Source: Bispira polyomma (lineage: Eukaryota). Taken from it: 64,000 nt of DNA. The stretch is taken from positions 40,486,001 to 40,550,000 of the forward strand of contig OZ287755.1 in NCBI GenBank assembly GCA_965649765.1, read 5' to 3'. A model generated the notes under the pieces. That model was not told the DNA's origin. It ran no database searches and was given only the letters and a program-made list of their open reading frames with translations. Made by a program: the position numbers and the translations under genes. Below are positions 49,420 through 62,258 of this stretch, piece by piece; within the stretch, counting starts at the first letter, position 1, and the number at the start of each line of letters is the position of its first letter.

Positions 49420-50200
49420 GCTTTGGACATGGTTAATCGTAGCACCTGGTACCTTGAGTTACTTGTTTAGGTGTGTTAGTGAACACAACAAATTAGCTGA
49501 TACCTTGGAAATATGTGGAATGTGTGTTGGGAAAGGGAAAATATGCCAAAAAGAATTGTAATCATTGCTGGGCTTTTCTCCTATACGTGGCAAAATGCAA
49601 TAGGGCAGCCATAGTGTTCCTTAATCAAGTGATATATGTGCTACGTAATGCCACAGACAAGCACAATATAGAACTAGATGTAAAGCCCTGAAGTGGTTTC
49701 ATAAATTTCTCAACAAGTTTAATAGTACTGCACTCTTTGACCACAATCCCAGTCTCAGACCACATGGAGCTAAATGCATGCCTTTCTGGTCTGGGTGACA
49801 AATGCAATAGGTTCGTGTATACAAAAAACATACTTGAGGTTTACTTAAACTTCACAATTGTACACCTTGACATGTATAATATATTGGAAGCATTTATGGT
49901 TAGGCAAAAAGCTGTAGTCCGCTGTGATAACCATGCAAGGTTTCATTTCTTACCTGATGCAAGTTGCTAGTGCTTGAGAACAGTATATTTCCTGGGCAAA
50001 GAGATTTAAGTAGCAGACCTCCTATCCAGGTGGCATATGATATCTCAACAATAACTTCAAATTAAGACAAATTATGGCAAACCCCACATGAGTGGAAGTC
50101 CCAGAGGAGTTGCTGGAAATTTAATGGGGTTTATGCCAACAACCCAACAAGCATACAAAGTTGTAAGCTTTAGGCTCAACTCCCTTGTCATTATTGTTTC
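49420..50200 (+). mobile_element. Heavily decayed DIRS/Ngaro RT-RNase H fragment
   Basis: KKEL*SLLG, MELNACLSGLG, IVHLDMYNIL, VVRCDN and VADLLSRW mirror the RNase H motifs of E1 and E3. Confidence 0.75.
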
Positions 50201-50440
50201 TTTTTAGAATTATTAGTACCAAGCAAAATGTCCCATCATTCCATAGATAATCATGTAGCAGCAATTAAGGCATGGATAAGAAACAAGCCCATTTATTGAT
50301 CCACACAAAAAGTATTTTAACAGGGCTCTTACACCATTTAAGGCTAAGATTGATAAAATCATAGACATAGAATTGTTGCACCAAATAATCAGGGTGTGTG
50401 ATTTCATGTATATGTGACAACTATTGAAAGTGGTTTCCTT

Positions 50441-52460
50441 AAGTGGCTGTCTCACTATCCGGATAATAGCTCCCGACCATCCCGATTGTACAATAGGGAG
50501 CCAATCGGGACACTCAAAAAACTAACCTGTTAGAAAACCTCTGCGATTTGATGATGTACAGCCGATAGGTCGGGGTGGATCGGGGTCAATTGTAAGCAGC
50601 TAACAAGTTATCTTAACCTTATAACGACCTATCTTTCTGATCAGCATCGATAAATTGCAAAGAACCCAGACTGTAAAGATAAGTTATTACTAATTTCCTG
50701 ATTGTAAAGATAACCTAGGAGAAGCGGCTGATAATTCGTTAGGAAGCCCCGACTGTAAAGATAGGCATCAATTGTAAACTGTTAAAGAGTTATGTTAACA
50801 TTATAATGACCTATCTTTCTGATTGGCATCTAAATCGGGAGTAAAATTTGCCATTTTGACAAAGATTAATCGTCCAATCCCTCCCGATAGGTGGGGAACA
50901 CCCTCCAGATTGGTTGGGAGCATTACGAGTTATCGGCTAATTTAAAATGTTAAGGATAGGTCTTTAGAAATGCCCAGAGTGTAAAGATAATTTTGGAATG
51001 TCATAAGGATAAGTCGTTACCAAGTTCGCGATTCTAAAGATAACTTAGGCGAAATGGCCCATAAGTCATTAGAAAGCCCTGACTGTAAAGATAACTTGGT
51101 GGAGGATTAACAATAGATCGGGTGGAACAAAAGATAACTTGGTAGTGAAAGCGATGACTCGGCAAACAATGGGGGGGTGATAGCGGACTGTATAAAAGGA
51201 AGACAGCACACTCGTTTTTCATCAGAATCATCCCAGCTTTCAGAGAGTCAACATCTACTTGCAATTATTACGTTATATGATTACAACAGGCTTTTATTTT
51301 TTATTATAAAGAATAAGTGAGGAGACCAGTTAAACAAATATTACAATGATGCCAAGAAAAAGGAGAGTTACAAAGAAATGGAATGTACAGCCAAGACAGG
51401 TGGAGGAGAGGGAGTTTGAAGGTTGAGATAAAGATGATGAGGGGATTGTACCAGAAACACAGCAGTCATCTGAGGTCCCACAATTTTTACAACAATTGAA
51501 CCGGCTTACTCTGAATGTTGCAGAAATGGAGTACACCCAGGAGACCCAGGATACCCAGCATAGTAGGGATACCCCGGACAGTGAGGTGGCGGCCTTCAGT
51601 AGGAAACAGAAGAAGGGGAAGATGAAGACCGTGTTGTTAACCAATGAGTAGGAGGAGGCTGTGGTGGCCTTTCCGAAGGAACATGAGTGGCTCTACAATA
51701 AGCGTGATCCACTGTATAAAGACACTCAGAGGAAGGACATGCTGTGGGAGTTGTACGGCTTAACCAAAGATTTGGACTCCATAGAGGTCAAGTGTGCCCA
51801 AGTCTGAGCAAGCTGATGGAGGCAAAGAAACCCAAAAATGAGGGAGCTAGAGCAGCCTATATGAACTGGTTTAGCAAGATGACGGAGAAACTGTTAGAAC
51901 GTTACTCCATGCAGTTCAAGATGGGGTCCTTCAACCTAGTATCCACACTCCAAGAAAGAGCAGCAGCCCCAACAGCTCCATCAGCAGCATTTCAGCCACA
52001 GCAACAGCCTTTCCCCCCTACAAGATGTGACCTTTAACTTTTATACCTTAACCACCACCGCAGGGACACTAGATCTATCAATAACAAAAGCAACAACAGC
52101 AACAACCAAGACCACAGCCTCCTTCATAGCAGCAGCATGGCCATTACAACACAAACAACAAAAGCATTACCATCCTTGGCCAGCATCAGTGGTATTCAGC
52201 AGGGCCAGCCAGTGATATCTGGAGTCAGCTCGACTAGTGGGACTAGTGGAGCATACTACCATAACCCAAAATACCTCGGGAACTTCCTCATTTGCCAGAG
52301 CATTTGATTTGAACACACCAGACACCGGCTACCAGAACATTAAGACTCCTGCAGGCTTTGGGGATGTTGCTGACATGCGGCTACCAACAGACGACACCAC
52401 AACAACCACCACCGATTCAACATCATCAACCACCACCACCACCGACGACTAGACACTCAT
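50441..52460 (+). mobile_element. Harbinger-type end with subterminal repeats and decayed MADF/Myb-like ORF
   Basis: Repeated gactgtaaagata motifs at 50670-51095; broken ORF from 51346 with EEAVVAF.KEHEWLYNKRDPLYKDTQRKDMLWE, typical of the MADF/SANT helper protein of Harbingers. Confidence 0.7.
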
Positions 52461-54699
52461 CTCCTCCTCTGTCAGTCATGTGACCACAAACTGGCCCTTT
52501 TCAGGGCCACTCAAATGTTTCAAGAACATTATCTAAAGCTGTTTGTTAAATGAAAGAACACTACAAGAAGCATACTGGCCCCACAAATAACTTATCTCAC
52601 TCACACATAAAACAAAATAAACTACCCCCACACACAAGAATGACAATAATTTCTAAAATATCAAACATACAAAAGCCCTTCTACGTAAAATCTTCTTTAT
52701 CATACGAAGCCCTTCTAGATATAATCTCCTTTATCATATGAAGCACTTCCAAGTATAATCTCCTTTATAATATGAAGCCCTTCCAAATATAATCCCCTTT
52801 AAATTTGAAAACCCATTTAAATTTTTTAAGACAATGTTCCCTTAAAAGTTCTACTTGAAGCAATTTACAGAGTTAAAGAATTGAGAAATTTATTTTTAAG
52901 CTGTCTAAATAAAAAAGGAAATAATTTGACAGACTTCTTTTCAAGGGGGTTTCACTATTATTTATTTACTTGGTTTTAAAATCAAAGGGGAGAGTACTAC
53001 TTAAAGGTTTTAAGCTGAAATTTTCTTAAAGTGGCATACACTAATTCTCGGCGTGTTTAACAGCATATATCTAAGACCATAAACATAATATGTACAAAAA
53101 TTACTGTTTTATCTCAATGTTTCACACCAATATAACCAAAAAATATATTCAAAAGGCAGCACTTTTTTACATCATTATATTACAAGAGTTGATGTTAATT
53201 TCAAAGGAAAATAATTGAAACAGTAAAAAATAATGTGTGTCAAAAGTTGTGGTCAAAATATGAGTGAAGATGATTGGGTAATTACCCATGATCGATTGGC
53301 CAGTGACCTACTTTTGCGTGTATGATACCAAGTTTCGGAGTAATAGGCTATCTAAGGTCTATAACACCTTTACGTTTTGTCTCTGTTTCAATTGACCAAC
53401 GACTAAGGAAGGATTTCATCAAATAATTACAACAAAATTTGGCAAAACACTGTGACACCTATCTAACTATATTTTTTTTATTAATCATAAGTACATTCAA
53501 GTTTTAAAAGTAATAGTTTAACTATCACTTGTATACAAATTAAAGTAAAAATATACAAACTGGAGAAAATATATTAATTAATACAAACATGCTTAATCAT
53601 ACACTTAATTTCTGATACAGAAGAACACCCTTGATTTGATGTTATTTCATTTACAATGTCCTCATCAAAATAAGGTTTCGCTCTATTGACATCAACTACT
53701 TTCCTAAAGTTTTGAGGGGACATTTAAAGAGTACAAAGTTACCATTGAAATGGATAAAAAAATAATGTGTTATGTCCAGTTGTGCAATAACAAAGTATAT
53801 GGTACCATGGAAATCTGTTAAAATGTCTTTTAAATAAACCATTAAAAAGAGACATCATATATTTATTGCACATACAATAAAGAGTTTGTCAGTTACAATT
53901 ATATCTTATTTAGTCATAAAAGCAAAAGGTAGACAAAATTGCATTATAATACTGATCACGTCACTAGCCATGTTGAACATGCCATAGTATATAAATATAG
54001 TTTACAAAATTTTAAATTTAAAAATATGATTAATTTGTGTTTACTTACCAAATGTAAAATCTTTTTCTGCTATGTTACAATACATGTGGGCTAAAATTCC
54101 AATAAAGTTGGTATAAACTGGTACCCTAAATACATTTAACAAAGAGCTAGAGTAAATGAGTACTGGCAGCATACAAATATAAGAAACAATGAGATTTTTG
54201 CATCTGAGGTAAGTTTATTATGAATCTTGATTGTAGGTCTAATCTTGATTCTTGAAATTGGGTATTTTTGCAGGCCTCGGTTAAACAAAATTTTATGCAG
54301 TCAGAACAGAATTAATATAACTTAAGAAGAGAACATCCAGTAACCTGGTGTGTCATTGAAATATGGCAGAGTCGCTTAAATAAATTCTAAACATAGGCTG
54401 ACCTTAGTTTACATGATCTGCCTATCTATTTTGTTCGGTTATTTATATTTGAATACTAACTCTGGTAATGCTTTGTTGAATAACTAACATCATAGGAATT
54501 TATAAATATATGACACTGAGACTAAATTGGCTTATTTTTCTTTCATTTGTTATGTAAATTTTTACACTAGTATTAATTAGTTTAAAAGTTTGAATCAGTT
54601 TTATAATGAGTTTGAAATACCAAAATATTAATATTTAAAAAAATAATTGTGGTGTTGAAGCAACATATACAAATATTAATCACAACCTCTTGTGTTTAG

Positions 54700-54975
54700 T
54701 TCATCATTTCAAAAGTAAAAATGTACCTGTTGACCTTGAGAGTGTAGCTTATGTTGGCAAAACAATGGATTTCATAGAAACCAGAAGGAAACCAGATTTG
54801 TGGCTGGAGATGACACTGGCTGATTTAATATGTATCGCAGAGATGATGCAAACTGTGACAAGTGGATTTAATGTCATAGAAGGAAGACAAAAGAGAGTCG
54901 CTTGGATGAGTCCAGTCTAGACTTGGACCGATCTTTGATATAGCACACAAACCAATTTTGGAACTTGCCAAATAT
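54700..54975 (+). pseudogene. GST-theta last-exon remnant
   Basis: NVPVDLESVA...KTMDFIE...TLADLICIAEMMQTVTSGFNVIEGRQKRVAWMSPV aligns to the intact exon (SLADLMAYCEIMQPVAEGFDVKKGRPKLAAWMEKV); deletions and a stop. Confidence 0.8.
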
Positions 54976-55614
54976 AATTTGTTTGTGCAAGTTTGATGTT
55001 AATTTTGTTTATTCCTAGGTAGATTTGAGTAGAATCTAGCATGTTACTGAACAATTTTCTAACAAGAATGTTTGGCAAATCAGTTTCCAATGTATGCCAT
55101 TAATACACGATAAACACAATCTTTAAATGGAAACTTGTTACAAAAGTTATCCAACAACAATCATTTGTGTATATTTATTGCATACACTCTTCCACTATCA
55201 AACAGCAATTGGTTCACATTTCAGAAATCCTTCTGGTACACATTGTACAGTCAAGTTTGAAAAAGACGACCACATTCAACATTCAGTAAATGCATAAGGA
55301 GCCAATTAATTGACAATTCTATTATGCTCCAAATACTATTCTACGTTTGACCACACATGTACATGCTTTGAAGTGTTTCATTTCTATTTGTTTGTTTTGG
55401 ATTGCTACTCACTGGCTATGTTTCTTTACCTCAGGATACATTGATGAAAACTTAGAAGTGGCCAGCATATAAGCTCAGTTGTGAAGGTGACAGAATGGTT
55501 ACAACTACTAAATGGCCACCATATATATGTGGTCGCTGTGTAACTGAAACTAAAGCTTTAAAAATATATATTCTACTTTCAAAGATAACTAATGCTACAC
55601 GACAATATATAACA

Positions 55615-56624
55615 TTAGTGTCTGTTTCCACTGATGATATCTTTATTGTATTTAATCTCTACCCTATCTCTCTGAACCTTGTTTTGCAGTGATTTTCTAT
55701 AGTAGGAACAGCAGCAGAATGTCTTTCTCCAAACCTTTTGAATTTCTGTCAACCGTAAAGCATAAATCAGTGGGTCACAAATGCTGTTCAAGTACACTAT
55801 ACATGGTATTATCTGTTTCAGCCAATTGTTCAGATTGTAATATTCAACAATAGAAGTTGGCCTGTACAGTTGAAAGGATATCTCAACAACTACTGGTGGA
55901 AACCAGCACAACATAAAAGAAACCAGGTTAAATATTGTTGTAAACAGTGCTCTGTTGTTGTTCCTGGACTGCTGATTTTGTGAGTGGTTGTGAGTCTTTG
56001 TTGTTTACGCACCTCACAATAAATAATAGAATAAGTTGTGATCATTAACAGACAGCAAATTATAACAAATGGGACACGAAATGTGTCCTTCATATCAATG
56101 TTAATCTGGTGTTCTGTTGCATTGCCCTGGTATTCACTGTAAAACACCCACTCATCTTTTATAATAACTGATGAATGTGGTATACTACGAGCTATATACA
56201 CTAATGCAACAGGAATTGTCCATATAATTAACAATCGGCAAATAATGTATCGGTAACGAGTCCAATTTTCATAGTACAACGGCTTCATAATAGCCATGTA
56301 GTGTTCTGCAGCCAAGAGAATTAGATTAAAAAGGATGACATACAAGATATATTCATAGCTCAAATTGTAAAGTAGATGTAGATTCACTAATGCTTTTGGC
56401 AACATACTCTGCATGAAAGTGAAGCAACAAAGCAACACAACACACAATGGTAGCAAAACATCAGCTAATGTAAGACTTTTTACCAAACCAAAGTAGGATC
56501 TCCGGACGGTTTTCATTTTGTATAGAACAATCAAAAGTAGCATATTGAGAATTATCCCTGTAATGATGACCACCACAAACAGTATCATCAGGGTATAGCT
56601 CAAAATTTCCATTGCAAGTGCCAT
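55615..56624 (-). pseudogene. GPCR paralogue 3, frameshifted in ICL3
   Basis: tgagtggttgtgagtctttg (~55981-56000) vs tgagtggtcaagtctttg in paralogue 1 is a net +2 nt change; TM6-TM7 continue in another frame (55615-55914). An assembly error cannot be excluded. Confidence 0.85.
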
Positions 56625-57489
56625 GTTTGGTGTATGTGTCCAGGTGATGCTGTAAAATGTCACTATATCAGCAAGACATCACTTATAATAACACCTGGAA
56701 AGCATGAGTATCCTTCTGTTCATTTATTTACCGATAAAGATACACTACAACTATTTTCAACTATTTTATCTTTGAATACTACTTTAATTATAACCAAATT
56801 ACATAAACTAAACCTTGACTTCTTATTTTTGTAACTTACTGCATTTTGTTGTTAATCATTTGTTTATAGTTTTGGTAAAGTGACTGTTGAATTACTGATA
56901 CATAAGCTAACCCTGATCATAGCTTTTAATCTCAGATGACAATAGTTAGGCTATATTTAGAAACCTGTTTATCATTATTGTAATAATTTTTTTTTGCAAT
57001 GCTGGCTTGTAAAAAGTATATCACTTACTTTGTGATAAATGGTTTAATTGTGTGGATGATTAATTAATATCATCATTAAATTTTTGTACAATTAAAGTTA
57101 TAGTGTGTATTTATCAATTGTTGCCAAACTGTGCTCTCCCGAAGCCTATAGGGCAGGCAGTTTGTCTTGTGATCATAAGGTTGCCAATTCAACTGCCAGT
57201 TTCAACTATACTGTACCATCTGAGTGAATGTGTTAGTAGTAAACATTAGAAAAACATTATCAATTGAAATTTAATGCATGATGTTTTACCCACAGGCAGA
57301 AAAAAATACAGGCCTACTTTTTTGGCGTAAAAACAGTATTTCCCACTAGTTGCCCATGTACTACTCATCTTTAAAAGAGCGTACCTTAAACTATAGTCCT
57401 CTATCTCACATGAATATTATTTTGTGTCTTTCTATTTGATCAACAAGCATCAATCAACTTACAACTATCTCCCATGCACTTCAACCCCT

Positions 57490-58340
57490 ATTTACCATTG
57501 AGTCTTACTATCCAGACCCAAATCAAGAAAGGTATATACTACAGTAGCAGTTTTAAAAACACACCGATACTTAACAGGGAGCAAGTGGAGTGACTTTAAA
57601 ATCAGTGAGGCATGTAAAAGCTGAGCAGAACAACTGACCAGACGTGCCAATGAATTCTGGATGCATTGCAATTTGTTTAAGTGACACAGTGAATTGCAGT
57701 AGTCCAGTCTGCTGTCTACCAGAGTATTTGCTACAGTTATTGCTACCGATTCTGGAAGGTACCTCCTGATTCTCCTAAGGTATCTAAGACCTTTGAAGCA
57801 TGACTTACACACTGATTGGATATGATTAGAAAAGGAAAAAAAATCACTATCAAACAAAACTATCATGTTCCTTACCTTATTAGTTCGGAATAAAACTGCC
57901 CCAAAAATGTTTACTGGAAAACAATTTGACAGTTCAGTACTCTGAGTGCCCGAGCCAAACAATATGAATTCGGTTTTATTAGGATTCAGCCTAAGGTTAT
58001 TAAGCGCCATCCAATTTTGAACATCTGCATTTCTGAAGGACTTCCACGGCACTGATTGATGTTTTTGGAGTAAGGTGTACGTAGATCTGTGTATCATCTG
58101 AATAGATGTAATATTTCAGCTAAGAATAGGAGGAAATAATTTTGCTAAGGGGTGCAGTGTATAGTTAAAATAAAAGTGGTCCAAGCACAGACCCTTTGCG
58201 GCACAACGAATTTTAGCATTTGCAAGTCATACAGAGTATCAACATTTTTAATAGACTGGTACCTGTCTGACAAATAGGAAACAAACTATTGCAGGACAGA
58301 CTCCTTTAGGCTAAACCAGGATTTTAGTCCTTCAATGAGC
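57490..58340 (-). mobile_element. L2/CR1 LINE RT fragment
   Basis: NWMALNNLRLNPNKTEFILFG, LVDSRLDYCNSL, KLQCIQNSLARLV, LHLLPVKYR. Confidence 0.9.
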
Positions 58341-58349
58341 ATGGCCTGA

Positions 58350-59620
58350 TCTGCGACAATCTCAAGCAGTGGTTTGGTATAAATGGCAGTGTTCTTAAAT
58401 GAATCATATCCTACATTACTCTCAGGGCACAAAGAATTAAGTTAGATGATCACCTTTTATCTTCCACAAACCTAGCATATGGAGTACCCCAGGGAACTGT
58501 CCTTGGGCCTCTACTTTTTACCCTTTATACACATCCCCTTAGCACTATCATTAATAATCACAATATAAAACACTGCATGTATGCAGATGACACTCAAGTT
58601 TATCTTTCTCTCAACCCTCAAAACGCAAATAAAAATATTGACCTACTTGCAGACTGTCTTTCCGCCATCCAGGCGTGGATGAACTATTCCAAACTAAAAC
58701 TAAAACCCAGACAAAACAGAATTCATTCTCATTGGGAACATTGAATTCTTAAAATCTTTGTTTCCCATCTCCCTTCTGGGAAAAGATAAACTACCAAAAA
58801 AAATGCCAAAAACCTAGGTGTCACTTTCAGCTTTTTCATTTAACACTAACATTGCCAACATCTGTCGCTCCTGCTACCACCATATACGCGACATCAAAAG
58901 AATCCAAAACCACCTGTCAGTGTTATTTTTCACCTGGGTTGTCGCACAGATGTCACTCCTTACCCCAAAAAATTACACTGGCTGCCCATTCAGTCTTGTA
59001 TTTTGTTCAAATTCACGTTACCACTTTTAATGCTGTAGTCACTCATCAGCCCCCTACCTTGCTTCCCTTCTTTCCTTCAGTAACTGTAACAGAGGCAACA
59101 GACTCTCTGTTTCTTCGGTCAGACCCATCAGGAAGGCGGGATCCAGAGCATTCTCCATTGCAGCTCCTTCATTATTGAACAATCCCACAGTTGACCTCAG
59201 ATCAGTTGATACACTTATCAGTTTTAGGGAAAAGCTTAAAACCTATCTTTTTTACCATACCTACCCACCTTAGTTTCCCTCGTGCACACTCCCACTTCCT
59301 TCCTTACGTCTTTGCTATGCCCATGGATTTTACGATTTGATCAATAATTCTGCTGTTGTGTTTTAGATGCCGAGCTACAGCACCCTTCACCATGTAAAGC
59401 CTGAAAGGGAGTTGGCCCCTTGCAGCCGGATGCTACGGGGTGGGTTAACACCCAGTCTGGCTGCTAACCAGCTAACCCTTACAACCTTGCTATGCCTATG
59501 GACTTTAAGATTAGATCACTGATTCTGCTCTTGCGTTTTAGAAGATGCCCAGCGTTAAAAATGCATAATAATAAGAGCATCAATAAAGCACGTTAAAAAT
59601 TTATAATAATAATAATAAGA
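58350..59620 (+). mobile_element. L2/CR1 LINE 3' portion with duplicated 3' UTR and TAA-repeat tail
   Basis: YGVPQGTVLGPLLFTLYT, MYADDTQVYL, WMNYSKLKL, FREKLKTYLF; tail (taa)n at ~59600. Confidence 0.9.
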
Positions 59621-59659
59621 CAATGCAGGCAAAAACAAAGTTTTTGTATTGTATTTAAT

Positions 59660-60960
59660 TATAGATTTTCAACGTGTCCTATCTGATACGAGGCATTTCC
59701 TACAGTGCAACAGAATCAGTTTAAAAAAAGTAAGGATGTCAGGGTGTACAGGAAAGAATCAAAAAGAGGTATGTGAGTTTCAATAAACAAGTTTCAAGCT
59801 TTTTCCTAAACCCACAAAGTGTTTTAAGTGATCAAAGCTCAACTGGGAGACTATTCCACAACATAGGAGGGGCATCAATAATCTAGCAGACTTTCTGTTT
59901 TACAGGTAAAAATCTGAAAGTCTCTTGCTACTCTTAAGGTTACTGAAGGAAAGGCGAGCAGCACAGTAGGAGGGCTGTTGAGAGATAACAGCACTGAAAG
60001 TGGTTACAAGAAATTTGAACGAAATATGAAAGTGAATAGTACGCCAATGTTGGTTTTGGAGGTATGAAGAGACATCAGTATGGATCCCCAGACAAAAGAT
60101 GACTCAATGCAGATAGTTTTAAATGCACTATAACTTGTTATGTGTACCTTTTTCTCTTAGCAGAAACAAATTGCAGTTGTCTAGATGGCTAGACAGTTAG
60201 CCACAATAATGGTAATATCAAATAACAAGTGACAAATGTTGCTGATCAGTGCATCAAATGAGAAAGTGGAGTCCACAGTGATACTACCAAGGTTCTTGAC
60301 ATTATCATATCATTGCACATTAGTGTATTGGGAATAATGATCTTAAGAAATGTTTAATTCAATTTGGAGTATTTCTTGCAAATCTGTACTGAAAAGAGAT
60401 TTTTGTGGGCATCTTGAGGGTTAAGAGAAAGATAGATTTGAGTATCATCAGCCTACATTTTGTGTTTAACGTTACAAGTATTGATGACTGAGCTGAGGAG
60501 ATGTGTGTAGATTGTAAAAGATAGATGCCTGAGGACCGATCCTGGGGTACCCTGAAAGGCAGGTTGAATGAGGATGAAAAGTGATTGATATGTTTGGTCA
60601 GGTAGGACCTACTCCAATCAAGGACTGTGCCATTTAGTCCATACCACTCTTTTAGGGTGTTGAATAGTAGGCCATAGTTGATGGTATCGAAAGCTGCAGC
60701 GAGATTTAGAAGGGCCATCACAATCCAAGGCAAGTTTTTTTTGTCATTACTGATGGAAAGTTTCCGTGGAGTAAAACTTTCTGAAAGCAGAAGTTGGGAG
60801 TTTGTTTGTTAAGGATTTTGTTTGTTAAAGTGGTCATTTGTTTTTGCAACAGTTATCTCAATGAGTTTAGAGTCAATGCTAATGTTAGAGACTGGTCTCT
60901 CATTTTTCAGCACGTTTTTGGCAATCTGTGATTACCACCACTAACGTTTTCTGCTAATTG
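59660..60960 (-). mobile_element. L2/CR1 LINE 3' portion, decayed
   Basis: LLNLAAAFDTINYGLLFNTLKEWYGLNGTVLDW, FRVPQ, and 3' MLWNSLPVEL...GFRKKLETC. Confidence 0.85.
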
Positions 60961-61048
60961 ATGATGTTATTTTACAAAAAAATGTTATCACATGACTAAC
61001 AATTACAATGTCCCATTAGTGTAATTATGATGAAATATGACTTTTGTA

Positions 61049-62258
61049 TATATATGTCACAGACCAAATTAAAATCCAGGTGGATTTTAAATCCGCCTAG
61101 GCGAGATTAAAATTCTAATTAAAATTTTGATTTCGCCTAGGCGGAATTAAAAGTTCCAAGTTTGTCTTATAGAATTTTAATCTCGCCTAGGCGGATTCAA
61201 AATCTGCCTAGACCAAATTAAAATTTTGATTTTGCCTAGGCAGATTTTAAATCCGCCTAGGCGAGATTAAAATTGGGGGAATTAAAAATTCAGATTGAGG
61301 TAAATTTTAATTATTTCATTTATGTATGCATTAAAATATGGATGACACCTTAAAATTGAACTTATTTTATTTCTTTTTAAAGCACTTTTTATTCATGGTT
61401 CAAAGCATTAATTCATACATGGAATATTATAGTAACTGCATTAATTAAAATGCTGTATGACTGGGTAAAATTTAAACTTGACCACACCAATATTTTTTTT
61501 TGTTTTGTTTAACCTACACTACATTAAGTTCAATTTTTTTTACCAGCTTAATATGTATTATTATTGTATTATAAGGGTAATATTTTCTTATTAGGGGTAG
61601 TACATGGGTGTCAAAAGGTTTGGAATTGAATTTATTAGTAAAGTACTGAAGTATACAACACGTAAGGATTATTGAAATAATTTAAATAATAACATTAATA
61701 GTGTGTCTATTGTTGTCTGTCTATTATTTGTCTTACCTATTTGACTACCTACTGTTAATTGTCATTAATTGGTTTAGCAATGTCTTTGTCTCAGTACTTA
61801 CCCTGATTTCTTCACTGCCCTGATAGAATGCAAAACACTGTAATTGCAATTAATGTTTGCAGTGAAAAATCACATGCCTCACAAAGAAATGATGTTTATA
61901 ATTAATGCAATTACTATATTCCATGTATGATTTAATGTTTTAAACAATGAATGCAAAGTGCTTTATAAAGAAATAAATTTAGTTTAATTTAAAGGAATAT
62001 ATACTTTTACTGCATACATAAATGAAATAATTAAAATTTCACTCAATTTGAAATTTTAATTTCCCCAATTTTAATCTCGCCTAGGCGGATTTAAAATCTC
62101 CCTAGGCGAAATCAAAATTTTAATTTGGTCTAGGCAGATTTTAAATCCGCCTAGGCGAGATTAAAATTAAGATTTCGCCTAGGCAACATTAGAATTTTAA
62201 TCTTGCCTAGGCGGATTTAAAATCCGCCTGGATTTTAATTTGGCCTGTGACATATATA
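61049..62258. mobile_element. Foldback/MITE-like element with ~400-bp imperfect inverted arms, in a TA run
   Basis: tatatatgtcacagaccaaattaaaatccagg... vs ...cctggattttaatttggcctgtgacatatata; arms built of repeated palindromic CGCCTAGGCG units; no ORF. Confidence 0.9.
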
